The position numbers and the translations under genes are program-made. The notes beneath the pieces are model-generated. The model had not been told where the DNA came from, made no database searches, and saw only the letters and a program-made list of their open reading frames with translations. This document shows, piece after piece, positions 11,534 through 21,317 of a DNA stretch of 64,000 bases. Source of the DNA: Thioalkalivibrio sp. (lineage in GTDB: Bacteria; Pseudomonadota; Gammaproteobacteria; Ectothiorhodospirales; Ectothiorhodospiraceae); the NCBI RefSeq assembly GCF_007692535.1, contig NZ_REBW01000113.1, positions 3,762 to 67,761 of the forward strand, read 5' to 3'. How positions within the stretch are numbered: position 1 is the stretch's first letter; the number at the start of each line of letters is the position of its first letter.

Positions 11534-11690
11534 TGGGCCATGCGGGAAGTTCGGTAACTATGGAGCACAGCCAGACGCGCCGGAGCAAGGCGGGCAAGTG
11601 CAGGAATAGCCACTCTATTTCAAACTTGCCCAACGCAGCGCCGGCGTGTCTGGCGCCGCGATCTGATACCGAACTTTCCGCATGGCCCAC
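11533..11690. mobile_element. MITE-like nested inverted-repeat element
   Basis: 24-bp terminal inverted repeats (11533-11556 / 11667-11690, 1 mismatch) plus inner inverted repeats; right arm recurs at 30273-30324. Confidence 0.6.
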
Positions 11691-11699
11691 TGGTGGGCC

Positions 11700-12389
11700 A
11701 TGATCATTCGCTGCCCGCATTGCGGCGCCGGCCATGCGGTCCGCTACCATCCCGGGCACAACCCCGGAACGCAACGCTGCCCCGCATGCAGCCAGACCTT
11801 TCCGTTCTTCCCCGCGCTTGAAATCGAGCTCGTGGGGCAGCCCCGCCGTACGGCGGTTGCCGGGAGAGTTCCGGTTGCTCAACCCCGGGCCGCCGTGCCG
11901 ACTGAATCGGGTGACTGGCCGCTGCGCCTGGCGGGTTTCCTCGCGGGGCTGGCGCTGATCGCGACACTGGTCGGACAGTTCCTGGTGCACGAGAGAGCCG
12001 CGCTCGCAGCCCACCCTGAACTGCTGGCCATCAGTGACAGCCTGTGCCTGCATCTGCGCTGTTCCGGTCCGGGCCGGCGGGTCCCAAGCGCAATCGGCGT
12101 CGACGCGCTGCAACTGGAACGTCATGCGCAGGGTTGGCTGCGCGTGGAAATGCATGTCACCAACCACCTGCAACGACCACAGCCCTGGCCATTGCTGGAG
12201 ATGGTCCTGTCCGACCGCTTTGGCCAGACACTCAGCCTGGGACGCTGGCACCCCAACGAGTACCTCGGACTGTCCAATCCCGCGCCGGAAGCGATCCACA
12301 TGCTCGAGCCGGGTGAGGTACGACGGCTTCGGCTGGTGATCGACACGCCGGAAGGCGAGGTCGAGGGAATCGCGGTCTGGGTGCGGTGA
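11700..12389 (+). CDS. Zinc-ribbon and DUF3426 domain protein
   Basis: N-terminal CPHC...CPAC, one TM helix, LCLHLRC and QPWPLLEMVLSD; usual prmA-X-dusB-fis position. Start could be 11682. Confidence 0.8.
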   Translation: MIIRCPHCGAGHAVRYHPGHNPGTQRCPACSQTFPFFPALEIELVGQPRRTAVAGRVPVAQPRAAVPTESGDWPLRLAGFLAGLALIATLVGQFLVHERAALAAHPELLAISDSLCLHLRCSGPGRRVPSAIGVDALQLERHAQGWLRVEMHVTNHLQRPQPWPLLEMVLSDRFGQTLSLGRWHPNEYLGLSNPAPEAIHMLEPGEVRRLRLVIDTPEGEVEGIAVWVR

Positions 12390-12408
12390 CACGCAAGGGC
12401 CCACAACG

Positions 12409-13407
12409 ATGATCCTCGGTGACCACCACCTCGCCGACCCGATCGTCTTCCTCGCACCGATGGCGGGTGTCAGCGACCGGCCGTTTCGGATGCTGTGCCG
12501 AAGCCTTGGCGCGAGCGCAGCGGTTTCGGAGATGGTGACATCGGATACCCGCCTCTGGCATACCGCGAAGAGCCGCAACCGCCTCGATCATCGGGGCGAA
12601 CCCGGCCCGAGGATCGTGCAGCTCCTGGGCAACGAGCCTGGGATGCTGGCCATGGCAGCGCAGGAAAACGTGGCGAATGGTGCCGACATCATCGACCTGA
12701 ACCTCGGCTGCCCCGCGAAAAAGGTCTGCAACAAGGCAGCCGGGTCAGCGCTCCTTGCGGACGAACCGCTGGTGGAGCGACTGCTGCGGGCCCTGACCGC
12801 CGCGGTATCGGTGCCCGTCACGCTGAAGATGCGCCTGGGCATCGACCGTGACCACCTGAACGCAGTGCGGGTTGCCACCCTGGCCGAGTCCGCGGGGGTG
12901 GCGATGATCAGCGTGCACGGCCGTACCCGGACCTGCGGCTACCGCGGCGAGGTCGATTACGACACGATTGCCCGCGTGGTCGATGCCGTTGCCATCCCGG
13001 TCCTCGCCAATGGCGACATCACCACGCCTGAACAGGCCCGCGCCGTGATCCAGCGTACCGGCGCGGCCGGCGTGATGGTGGGTCGTGGCGCCCAGGGCAG
13101 GCCCTGGTTGCCCGGCCAGATCCGGGCCGCGCTCAGCGGTCGACCGATCCCGCCTGCGCCGGTGGGTCCGGCGCTGGCCCGGCTGGTACTCGAACACGTG
13201 ATGGCCTTGCACCGCCAATACGGCCCCGAGCAGGGCCTGCGTATCGCGCGCAAGCACATAGGCTGGTATCTTGCACGGAACAGGCCGGGGGTGGACCGGC
13301 GTCGGTTCCTTGCCATCGTCGATGCCCACGGACAGCTGGCCGCTTTATCGCAGCTGTTCGGCGCATCTGCAGTCGCCGCACCCTGGCCGGATACCGAACT
13401 ACAATAA
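12409..13407 (+). CDS. dusB: tRNA-dihydrouridine synthase B
   Basis: LAPMAGVSDRPFR, DLNLGCPAKKV, SVHGRTR, ANGDI, VMVGRGAQGRPW; upstream of fis. Confidence 0.95.
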   Translation: MILGDHHLADPIVFLAPMAGVSDRPFRMLCRSLGASAAVSEMVTSDTRLWHTAKSRNRLDHRGEPGPRIVQLLGNEPGMLAMAAQENVANGADIIDLNLGCPAKKVCNKAAGSALLADEPLVERLLRALTAAVSVPVTLKMRLGIDRDHLNAVRVATLAESAGVAMISVHGRTRTCGYRGEVDYDTIARVVDAVAIPVLANGDITTPEQARAVIQRTGAAGVMVGRGAQGRPWLPGQIRAALSGRPIPPAPVGPALARLVLEHVMALHRQYGPEQGLRIARKHIGWYLARNRPGVDRRRFLAIVDAHGQLAALSQLFGASAVAAPWPDTELQ

Positions 13408-13440
13408 GAAGGCAAGCGATCCCAGGGGGGGAGAAGCCGC

Positions 13441-13734
13441 ATGAGCTCCTTGATGCAGTTTGCACGAGACCAAGGGATGGGTAACGCACCGGAGTCGATC
13501 GCCCCGACCTGCCGGCTCGCGGAGTATGTCAAAACCGCGATGGATGACTACTTCGCCAACCTCGACGGCGAGGATGCGGGTGACATCTACACCATGGTGA
13601 TGTCCGAGGTCGAACGGCCGCTGCTCGCCTGCGTGCTCGAACATTGCGGCGGTAACCAGACCCGGGCCGCAAGTCTTCTGGGATTGAATCGCGCGACCCT
13701 GCGCAAGAAGCTGCGCACCCACGAACTGATCTGA
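13441..13734 (+). CDS. fis: Nucleoid protein Fis
   Basis: VERPLL...GNQTRAASLLGLNRATLRKKL HTH; follows dusB. Exact start uncertain. Confidence 0.92.
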   Translation: MSSLMQFARDQGMGNAPESIAPTCRLAEYVKTAMDDYFANLDGEDAGDIYTMVMSEVERPLLACVLEHCGGNQTRAASLLGLNRATLRKKLRTHELI

Positions 13735-13784
13735 TCGCGGTGCCGGAACGGGGCCGCGGTCGCCCCTGTCCTGCGCCCGACGTC

Positions 13785-14567
13785 TCAGCGGGCGTGCGAC
13801 CAGGGCAGGCAGGCGCGTGCGGCATCGTGCAGGCCCTGGTTGGCCGCAGCCAGCGCGTCGCGGGTACCGAGATTCAGCGCTTGGCCAGCGAGGTCCGTGA
13901 ACACTCCCCCTGCTTCGCGCACGATCACTGCAAGGGCAGCGATATCGAGAATATTGACATCCGATTCCAGCACCAGGTCGATGCTGCCACTGGCCAGCAG
14001 ATGGTAATGATAGAAGTCGCCGTAACCGCGCACACGATTCACCTGCGCCACCAGAGCGCCCAGATCCGCCCAACAGGGGCTCAGCGCCAGGGTCTTGAGG
14101 TTGCCGGTCGATAGCGTGGCCTCCTCCAGCGTGGTCGTCGGCGCAACCTGGATACGCCGACCGTTCAGAAACGCCCCCTGCCCCTTCTCCGCCCAGGCCC
14201 TTTGGCCGAAAAGCGGTGCATTCGAGACACCGAGCACGAGATCGCCCCGGTGCATCAGGGCAATCTGGGTGGAAAACAGCGGGTAGCGACGCACGAAACT
14301 CTTGGTGCCGTCGATGGGGTCGATCAGCCAGACGTAATCCGCGTCGATGTCCGACTGCCCGGTCTCCTCCCCGTAGAAACCATGATCCGGGAAGCGCTCC
14401 CGGATGACCGCGCGAATCGCCTCCTCGCTCTCCACGTCGGCACGGGTGACCGGTGTGGCATCCGGCTTGATCTCGATCTCGACGCCAGCCTCATAGTAAT
14501 GGCGGATCACCTTCTCCGCGGCGTCGGCAGCGGCTTGGGCAGTGGCCATGAGTGGGCTTTGCGTCAT
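13785..14567 (-). CDS. Inositol monophosphatase family protein (HisN-like)
   Basis: GEE, WLIDPIDGTKSF, RGYGDF, DIAAL...VREAGG motifs. Confidence 0.88.
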   Translation of the reverse strand: MTQSPLMATAQAAADAAEKVIRHYYEAGVEIEIKPDATPVTRADVESEEAIRAVIRERFPDHGFYGEETGQSDIDADYVWLIDPIDGTKSFVRRYPLFSTQIALMHRGDLVLGVSNAPLFGQRAWAEKGQGAFLNGRRIQVAPTTTLEEATLSTGNLKTLALSPCWADLGALVAQVNRVRGYGDFYHYHLLASGSIDLVLESDVNILDIAALAVIVREAGGVFTDLAGQALNLGTRDALAAANQGLHDAARACLPWSHAR

Positions 14568-14633
14568 TTCCTGGCTCCCTTCGCAAAAGCGGCGAGTGTA
14601 CTGCCTCGACGGTCAAGCCGCATCCGGACCCGC

Positions 14634-14662
14634 TTGTAGCGCCCTTGCCGACCCGTGATAAT
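14634..14662 (+). promoter_or_regulatory. Putative sigma70 promoter
   Basis: TTGTAG-N17-GATAAT about 30 bp upstream of the ATG at 14694. Confidence 0.4.
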
Positions 14663-14693
14663 CCAGCCAACACTCCGAGCAGGGGATGCGTTC

Positions 14694-15023
14694 ATGGCCA
14701 GCGATCTTCCGGACATCAGCCACATCGATCGGCTGGAGTTGTTCGACGAGGACTACACACCGGTCGCGGTGATCGAAAACCGCGAGGGGCAGCGGTTGTC
14801 GCTGCAGATCTATTACAAGGCAGCGATTGCCTTCGGTGGAATCGGTCCGAAGGCCGCCAACTCGGCCCTGCTCCGCTATGGCGACCACGCCGAGGATGCG
14901 CGGAAGAATCCCGGAAAACACCCGAACATCGACCGCCTGTTCGAGATCATTGCCAACGATGGCCACCTCTCGGTGAATGCCGTGCCGAAGGATGCGGGCC
15001 GCCCGTCCCGACCGGCGCCTTAA
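14694..15023 (+). CDS. DUF2322 family protein
   Basis: IENREG...DHAEDARKNPGKHPNIDRL matches my recollection of the family signature. Confidence 0.75.
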   Translation: MASDLPDISHIDRLELFDEDYTPVAVIENREGQRLSLQIYYKAAIAFGGIGPKAANSALLRYGDHAEDARKNPGKHPNIDRLFEIIANDGHLSVNAVPKDAGRPSRPAP

Positions 15024-15613
15024 TCCCGGCGGTTGGTGAACGCGACGGTCCAGCCACGCTCGGCATCGAGACGGATCTGGCTCATGCTCGCGTATTCGCA
15101 TTCCAGGCGATAAAGCTGTGCATCCGGCGTCGCCAAAACCCATCCGATCGCGGAGCGGATGACGCCGGCATGCGTGACCACGAGAAGACGACCGGCACCC
15201 GCCGCGGCCGTCTCGGAGGCGAGCGCCGATTCCACCCGTCGGCGGAAATCCACCAGGGGTTCTGCTCCACGCGGTCGATTGACAACGGGGTCGGCGTAAA
15301 AGGCCCGGTATTGTTCCGGCCGCCCTGTCCGGATCTCGTCCCGGGTGCAGCCCTCCCAGTCGCCGAACCCCACCTCGCGCAGGTCGGTGACGATCCGCAG
15401 GGACGTCGGCTTGCGCGCGCAGAGTGCCTCGGCAAAGTCACGGCACCGTGCCAGCGGCGAAGACAGCACCATATCCCAGGGCCAATGCACCGACTCGCCC
15501 ACGGCCTGCCACATCTGCCGCCAGCCCTGTTCATTCAGGGGATCGTCACAACCGTTTCCGCGAAAACGGACGCCACCGCGGGGTTCGCCGTGGCGCAGCA
15601 GGTCGATGATCAT
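15020..15613 (-). CDS. Histidine phosphatase family protein (CobC/PhoE-like)
   Basis: LLRHGE, SSPLARC, LREVGFGDWEG, VTHAGVIR. Confidence 0.88.
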   Translation of the reverse strand: MIIDLLRHGEPRGGVRFRGNGCDDPLNEQGWRQMWQAVGESVHWPWDMVLSSPLARCRDFAEALCARKPTSLRIVTDLREVGFGDWEGCTRDEIRTGRPEQYRAFYADPVVNRPRGAEPLVDFRRRVESALASETAAAGAGRLLVVTHAGVIRSAIGWVLATPDAQLYRLECEYASMSQIRLDAERGWTVAFTNRRD

Positions 15614-16182
15614 GCGGTGAGGTCTCCCTTGAGTTGCCCGGCCAGGTAGGCCCAGTCGAAGTGGGGGCCTGGGTCGGTCTTGCGTCCGGGCGCGATATCC
15701 GAATGTCCCGCGATGGCCGCCTCGGCGGCCAGCCGGGGAAACCGCTCCCTCAGCCAGCGGATCAACCGTACCAGCGCCGCATACTGGGCCTCGGTGAACG
15801 GGCGATCGTCGCAGCCCTCCAGCTCGATACCGATGGAAAAGTCGTTGCAGCCCGCGCGGCCGTTCCAGCTCGAAACGCCGGCGTGCCAGGCGCGCGCATC
15901 GAAGGGCACGAATTGGGTCGCGCGGCCATCACGCCCGATCACCACATGCGCCGAGACCCGAAGATCCGCGATCTCCGCAAAGAAGGGGTGCATCTGTGGA
16001 TCCAGGGTGTTGGTGAACAGCTGCCCGATGAAGGGGCCGCCAAAATTTCCTGGCGGCAGACTGATCGCATGAATGACAATCAGCTCCGGCTCGACGCCGA
16101 GCGGCCTGGCGTCATGGTTGGGACTCGGACAAACACCCGCCTCCGGCCACCACAGGCCGGCCGTTGCGCCGGCCTCACCCAT
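15610..16182 (-). CDS. ampD: 1,6-anhydro-N-acetylmuramyl-L-alanine amidase
   Basis: SPNHDARP, IHAISLPPG, VSAH, AWHAGVS, NDFSIGIELEG, GHSDIAPGRKTDPGP. Alternative start 16230. Confidence 0.95.
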   Translation of the reverse strand: MGEAGATAGLWWPEAGVCPSPNHDARPLGVEPELIVIHAISLPPGNFGGPFIGQLFTNTLDPQMHPFFAEIADLRVSAHVVIGRDGRATQFVPFDARAWHAGVSSWNGRAGCNDFSIGIELEGCDDRPFTEAQYAALVRLIRWLRERFPRLAAEAAIAGHSDIAPGRKTDPGPHFDWAYLAGQLKGDLTA

Positions 16183-16248
16183 GGGCTCGCCGCCCCGCGC
16201 GTGCGGGGTGGGCTCGAGGACCCGGCGCATCGCTACGGCGACTTCCGG

Positions 16249-16407
16249 TCAGTCGGGTTTGTTGCGATCCGCCGCGCCCTCGATGGCCTCGCCCCCCCTC
16301 TGCACGTCCTTGCCGAAACCTTCAACGGTGCCGCAGCCGCTCAGGCCGGTGATGGCAAAGGCAAGCAGCCCCAGCATCAGGATTACAAAAACCTTGATTC
16401 GTCGCAT
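16249..16407 (-). CDS. Entericidin A/B family lipoprotein
   Basis: 52 aa, lipobox LSGC followed by GTVEGFGKDVQRGGEAI; strong SD GGAGG. Confidence 0.88.
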   Translation of the reverse strand: MRRIKVFVILMLGLLAFAITGLSGCGTVEGFGKDVQRGGEAIEGAADRNKPD

Positions 16408-16598
16408 GTTCTCCTCCGTGTACTTGGATCGATGGCATGCCCGGCCGCCTGGCCGGACAGGAACGTCCCGAACGGGAGCCAGACCCGCAGGCCTCACGAC
16501 TCCTGGCGCCCGGGTCACCAACTCTTTCCCTTATCATAGTAGATTCTGCCAAGGTGCAAGTGCCCCACGCGCCGTCCCCCCTGAACCGGTACCTTCAC

Positions 16599-18614
16599 TT
16601 GTTTGACCTGAACCCCCAGCAACGCGCCGCGGTCATCACCAGCGACCATCCCCTCCTCGTCATCGCCGGCGCCGGATCGGGCAAGACCCGGGTGATCACG
16701 GAAAAAATCGCCTTCCTGATCGAGGAGAGGCAGTTGCCGCCGCGCGCGATCGTCGCCATCACCTTCACCAACAAGGCCGCGCGTGAGATGCGCGAACGGG
16801 TCCGCGGGCGCCTGGACCGCGACCAGACCCGGGGGCTCGGCATCTCGACCTTCCACACCTTCGGGCTGAATTTCCTGCGCCGGGAACCGGGCGCATCGGA
16901 ACTCCGAACAGGGTTCTCGGTACTCGACCCGGCTGACTGCAGGCAGCTGCTGCGCGAGATCACCCATCGCGACGACGATGCCGGCGAGCTGGAACCCTTG
17001 CTGGCACGGGTCAGCGACTGGAAAAACGAACTCCTGTCTCCGGAGCACGCACTCGCGCAGGCTGCAGACGCCGACGCACAACAGGCGGCGCGCGTCTACC
17101 AGCGCTATGAACAGGCCCTGGCCGCGTACAACGCGGTCGACTTCGACGATCTGATCAAGCGCCCGGTAGACGCGCTGAGCGGCAACCCCGACCTGCGCGA
17201 GCGCTGGCAGAACCGGATCCGACACCTGCTCGTCGATGAGTACCAGGACACCAATGGCGCGCAATACCGCCTGGTTCAGCTGCTGTTGGGCGTGAACCCG
17301 GGACTGACCGTGGTCGGCGACGACGACCAGTCCATCTATGCCTGGCGCGGCGCCCGACCCGAAAATCTTGCGCGTCTGCGCAAGGACATACCGCGCCTGG
17401 AGGTCATCAAGCTGGAGCAGAACTACCGTTCCACCAATCGGATTCTGGCCGTGGCGAACCAGTTGATCGGCAACAACCCGCACCTGTTCGAAAAACGGCT
17501 CTGGAGCGCGCTGGGCGAGGGCGAGCCCATCCGCGTAATCCCCTGTGCCGATGCCGAGGCCGAGACCGCCCGGGTGGTCTCCGAGATCATGCGGCTGCGG
17601 TTTCGACTGCGCGCCCAGTGGTCGGACTTCGCGATCCTGTACCGGAGCAATCACCAGTCACGGCTGTTCGAGAAGCTGCTGCGCGAGCAGGGCATCCCGT
17701 ACCGGATCAGCGGCGGCCAGTCGTTCTTCGAACGTTCCGAGATCCGCGACCTGGCCGCCTATCTTCGCCTGCTGGTCAACCCCGACGACAACCCGGCCTT
17801 CCTGCGCGTGGTGAACGTGCCGCGCCGCGAGATCGGTCCGTCCACGCTGGAGAAGCTGGGCCGATACGCCCAGACCCGGGGCTGTTCCCTGCTGCGCGCG
17901 GCGGCCGGGCTGGGCCTCGGCGAACACATGGACGCCCGTGGCCAGGCGCGCATGACCCGGTTCGCCGACTGGGTGGACGAGATGCGCGGGAGCGCGGCGA
18001 CCACGGCTCCCGAGGCTCTGCTCGCCCGGCTCGTCGAGGACACCGATTACGAGTCCTGGCTGCTCGACAACAGCCCGAATCCCAAGGCCGGAGCGCGGCG
18101 CATGGACAGCGTGCGGGAGTTCATCGACTGGATCGGGCGGGTCTCCCGGGCCAACCCGGATGGCGACGGCGGACTGAACCTCGAGGAGGTGGTCGGGCGC
18201 ATCAGCCTGATGGACGTGCTGGAGCGGCAACGCGAGAGCAACGACGAGGATGCGGTCCAGCTTCTTACCCTGCACACGGCAAAGGGGCTGGAGTTCCCCC
18301 ACGTCTTCCTGGTCGGCTTCGAAGAGGAACTGCTGCCCCATCGCGTCAGTCTGGAGGAGGACAGCGTCGAGGAGGAGCGAAGGCTGGCCTATGTGGGCCT
18401 GACCCGGGCGCGGCAGACGCTGACCCTCACCCACGCGGCGCGGCGCAGCCGCTTCGGCGAGGCGGTGGAATGCCTGCCGTCGCGGTTCCTGGATGAACTG
18501 CCGGCCGAGCACCTGGAATGGCCGGACGCGAAACCACCCGATCCAGAGACGCAGCGCCTGACCGCCAAGGCCCACCTGGCCGGGCTCAAGGCCATGCTGA
18601 AGAGCGGCACCTGA
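16599..18614 (+). CDS. rep: ATP-dependent DNA helicase Rep
   Basis: LNPQQ, AGAGSGKT, DEYQDTN, LEQNYRS, ERRLAYVGLTRA, Rep-type C-terminus AHLAGLKAML. Start uncertain (TTG 16599 or GTG 16554). Confidence 0.9.
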   Translation: MFDLNPQQRAAVITSDHPLLVIAGAGSGKTRVITEKIAFLIEERQLPPRAIVAITFTNKAAREMRERVRGRLDRDQTRGLGISTFHTFGLNFLRREPGASELRTGFSVLDPADCRQLLREITHRDDDAGELEPLLARVSDWKNELLSPEHALAQAADADAQQAARVYQRYEQALAAYNAVDFDDLIKRPVDALSGNPDLRERWQNRIRHLLVDEYQDTNGAQYRLVQLLLGVNPGLTVVGDDDQSIYAWRGARPENLARLRKDIPRLEVIKLEQNYRSTNRILAVANQLIGNNPHLFEKRLWSALGEGEPIRVIPCADAEAETARVVSEIMRLRFRLRAQWSDFAILYRSNHQSRLFEKLLREQGIPYRISGGQSFFERSEIRDLAAYLRLLVNPDDNPAFLRVVNVPRREIGPSTLEKLGRYAQTRGCSLLRAAAGLGLGEHMDARGQARMTRFADWVDEMRGSAATTAPEALLARLVEDTDYESWLLDNSPNPKAGARRMDSVREFIDWIGRVSRANPDGDGGLNLEEVVGRISLMDVLERQRESNDEDAVQLLTLHTAKGLEFPHVFLVGFEEELLPHRVSLEEDSVEEERRLAYVGLTRARQTLTLTHAARRSRFGEAVECLPSRFLDELPAEHLEWPDAKPPDPETQRLTAKAHLAGLKAMLKSGT

Positions 18615-18632
18615 GTCCGGGGAACGCAGGAC

Positions 18633-18730
18633 GGAGCCGGTCTCGCGCCCGCGGGACGCCGTGAAACCATCCCTGTAGGCTTGATGGCAGCATCCATGCC
18701 GCCAACACCCGCGGACGCGAGACCGGCTCC
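18633..18730. repeat. Structured repeat family B, copy 1
   Basis: 23-bp inverted arms enclose ACGCCGTGAAACCATCCCTGTAGGCTTGATGGCAGCATCCATGCCGCCAACA; the core recurs at 22142-22193. Confidence 0.75.
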
Positions 18731-18752
18731 ACCCCCCACCGCGGTCCACAGA

Positions 18753-18778
18753 ATCGCCGAGAGGGCTCGCCTCCCACA
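18753..18778 (-). repeat. REP family C, single copy
   Basis: Minus strand GTGGGAGGCGAGCCCTCTCGGCGAT; homologous to 38385-38410 and 41414-41439. Confidence 0.65.
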
Positions 18779-20494
18779 TCAAAGCAGCTTCAGACCTACG
18801 CGCGTGATGCGCGCGCCGTCCATCTCGCGCACGACCAGCCGCACCCGATCGAGGTCGACCGCGTCGCCGACCACGGGCTCGGCCTGAAGCCGTTTGCGCA
18901 AGAATTCCTCCAGGGTCAGACCGTGCTGCTCCGCCGGGACGGCCGCACCGTAGGCAACTGCCACCGCGCCCAGCTGGGCGTTGCCGTTCAACACGAACTC
19001 GCCGAACACGCTGCGTTCGCTGAGGCGCTCCGGAACTTCCGAGGCCAGGAACAGCCGGTCCAGATCGGAAAGGTCTCCCGGCGCCACCATGATGTAGAGG
19101 TGGTCGCCGGCGCGAAGGTCCAGGATCTCCAGGGTCTCCAGCAGCCGCCCCCCGCGCAGGTGGGCGACCAGACGCGCGCTCTTCGGCAGCCGGAAACTGG
19201 ACCATGCCTCGCGTACCACCGGCGTACTGTCGGCCAGGCGGTAGCCCACCAGCTCCATCTCCTGCTGACCGGGAATGTCCAATTCGGTCCGCTGCACCCG
19301 GGTCGGGCTTGGCGGCAATTCCAGCTTCAGCCAGCGCGCCGCCGGCGCAACGGTCCAGCCCTGCACCAGCAGCGAGATCAGCACCACGAAGAAGACCACG
19401 TGAAAGAAATAGCCCGCGAGTTCCAGCCCCGCCAGCAGGGGGAAGAGCGCGAGGATGATCGGGACCGCGCCGCGCAGGCCCACCCAGGCGATGAACAGCT
19501 GCTCCCGCCACGGAAAGCGGAACGGGTACAGGCAGATAGCGACCGCCAGCGGGCGCGCGACCAGGATCAGTACAGCCGCGAGGAGACCGGCGTCCAGCGC
19601 CACCGGCGGCAACGCCGACGGGGTCACGATCACTCCCAGCATCAGGAACATCCCGATCTGCGCCAGCGAGGCGATGCCGTCGTGGAAACGCTTGATGTTC
19701 TGGCTGGCCTCCAGCGGCCGGTTGCCGACGACCAGACCGGCGAGATACACGGCAAGAAAGCCGCTGCCACCGAGCAGTCCGGTCAGACCGAAGATCGTCA
19801 ACGCGCCCGCCATCGCCGCCAGCGGGTAGAAGCCGGCGGACATCGGCAGCCGGTTGATCAATCCGAGCAGCGCGAACCCGCCCAGCAGGCCTAACACGAC
19901 GCCCAGGCCCATCTGCTGCACGAACTCGACCACGACCACCAGGCCAAAAACGGCATCCGGCAGCAGGATCAGTTCGATCAGCACGATCGTCAGAAAGATG
20001 GCCATCGGGTCGTTGCTGCCCGACTCGATCTCCAGGGTCGCCCCGACGCGGCTCTTGAGTTCCAGTCCGCGTGAGTGCAGCAGGGAAAACACCGCCGCAG
20101 CGTCGGTGGAACCGACGATGGCTCCCAGCAGCAGCGACTCCAGCCAGGACAGACCCAGCCACCAGTAGGCGAACAGCCCGGTCAGACCCGAGGTCAGCAC
20201 CACGCCGACGGTCGCGAGCCCCAGCGCAGGCTTCAAAGCGATGCGGAAATTGCGCACGGGGGTGCGCAGGCCGCCATCGAACAGGATCACCGCCAGTGCC
20301 GCCGAACCGATCAGGTGCGCCAGCGGAATATTCTCGAAGACCAGGCCTCCCGGACCCTCGGGGCCAAGAAGCATGCCGATGCCCAGGAACACCAGCAGCA
20401 GCGGCACCCCGAGGCGTGAGGTGACCACGCTGGACAGGATGCTGCCCAGAATCACCAGCGCGCCCAGAAAGATCACTTGATTGGACCAGTCCAT
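18779..20494 (-). CDS. cvrA: K+/H+ antiporter CvrA/NhaP2
   Basis: CPA1 TM domain (ILFDGGL, STDAAAVFS, EIESGSNDPMA, GLRGAVPI) with C-terminal TrkA-C-like and CorC-like domains. Confidence 0.9.
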   Translation of the reverse strand: MDWSNQVIFLGALVILGSILSSVVTSRLGVPLLLVFLGIGMLLGPEGPGGLVFENIPLAHLIGSAALAVILFDGGLRTPVRNFRIALKPALGLATVGVVLTSGLTGLFAYWWLGLSWLESLLLGAIVGSTDAAAVFSLLHSRGLELKSRVGATLEIESGSNDPMAIFLTIVLIELILLPDAVFGLVVVVEFVQQMGLGVVLGLLGGFALLGLINRLPMSAGFYPLAAMAGALTIFGLTGLLGGSGFLAVYLAGLVVGNRPLEASQNIKRFHDGIASLAQIGMFLMLGVIVTPSALPPVALDAGLLAAVLILVARPLAVAICLYPFRFPWREQLFIAWVGLRGAVPIILALFPLLAGLELAGYFFHVVFFVVLISLLVQGWTVAPAARWLKLELPPSPTRVQRTELDIPGQQEMELVGYRLADSTPVVREAWSSFRLPKSARLVAHLRGGRLLETLEILDLRAGDHLYIMVAPGDLSDLDRLFLASEVPERLSERSVFGEFVLNGNAQLGAVAVAYGAAVPAEQHGLTLEEFLRKRLQAEPVVGDAVDLDRVRLVVREMDGARITRVGLKLL

Positions 20495-20625
20495 CGGGCC
20501 ATGTTAGCCGATCGGCAACGCGGCAAGACCCGCCGGACACCGCTTTTCCGGGTTGGCCGGCAATCCGTTACAGTGTGCGGGAAGCGCGTATCCCGCACCC
20601 GAATGCAAACACGAAGGAGTCCACC

Positions 20626-21222
20626 GTGAAGGGAGTGACCCGCACCTTTCTGACCGGCCTCGCGGCCATCCTGCCGATCGCCATCACCGTGGCACTGCTG
20701 TTCTGGCTGGGCGCCACGGCGGAAAGCCTGCTCGGCGGACTGCTGCAGAAACTGCTGCCCGACATCCTCTACTTCCCCGGCCTCGGGCTGATCGTGGGTC
20801 TGGGCCTGATCTTTGCGGTCGGCGTTCTGCTCCGTGCCTACGTGGTGCAGGGCCTGTTCAATTGGCTGGAAGGTCTCGTGCAGCGGATCCCGCTGGTGAA
20901 GACCATCTACGGCATCGTTCGCGATGTAATGAACGTGGTTTCCGGCGACTGGGAGAAGCAATTCGGCGAGGCCGTGCTGGTGACCCTCCCGGGCACGGAT
21001 TATCGCCTGATCGGCTTTGTGACCCGCGAAGACTTCTCCGGCCTTCCGGACCAGCTCGGGACCGAAGGCACGATCGCCGTGTACCTGCCGATGAGCTACC
21101 AGATCGGTGGGTATACCCTGATGCTGCCGCGAGAGCGGGTGGAGCCGTTGGATCTCTCGCTGGAGGACGCCATGCGCTACACGTTGACCGCTGGCGTGTC
21201 GGCCCAAAAGGGCAGCCAATGA
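20626..21222 (+). CDS. DUF502 domain membrane protein
   Basis: [24 protein letters not shown]...GG motifs; GTG start after SD AAGGAG. Confidence 0.85.
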   Translation: MKGVTRTFLTGLAAILPIAITVALLFWLGATAESLLGGLLQKLLPDILYFPGLGLIVGLGLIFAVGVLLRAYVVQGLFNWLEGLVQRIPLVKTIYGIVRDVMNVVSGDWEKQFGEAVLVTLPGTDYRLIGFVTREDFSGLPDQLGTEGTIAVYLPMSYQIGGYTLMLPRERVEPLDLSLEDAMRYTLTAGVSAQKGSQ

Positions 21223-21317
21223 GAACACGCCCCGGCACCCCGCGAGGATTCTTTGCCCGCCTGGCCGATGATGCGACCATCCGTTTTGATCTTCTACCCG
21301 CCGCAGAGGAACCGCGA

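Noticed and set aside
8376-13734. aroQ-accBC-prmA-DUF3426-dusB-fis, and likewise def-fmt-rsmB and lysM-dprA-smg-topA-tsaC-hemF, as novel clusters
   Set aside because: These are widely conserved gammaproteobacterial gene orders.
16249-16407. Entericidin as a toxin-antitoxin module
   Set aside because: Only a single lipoprotein gene with no partner; solo copies are common.
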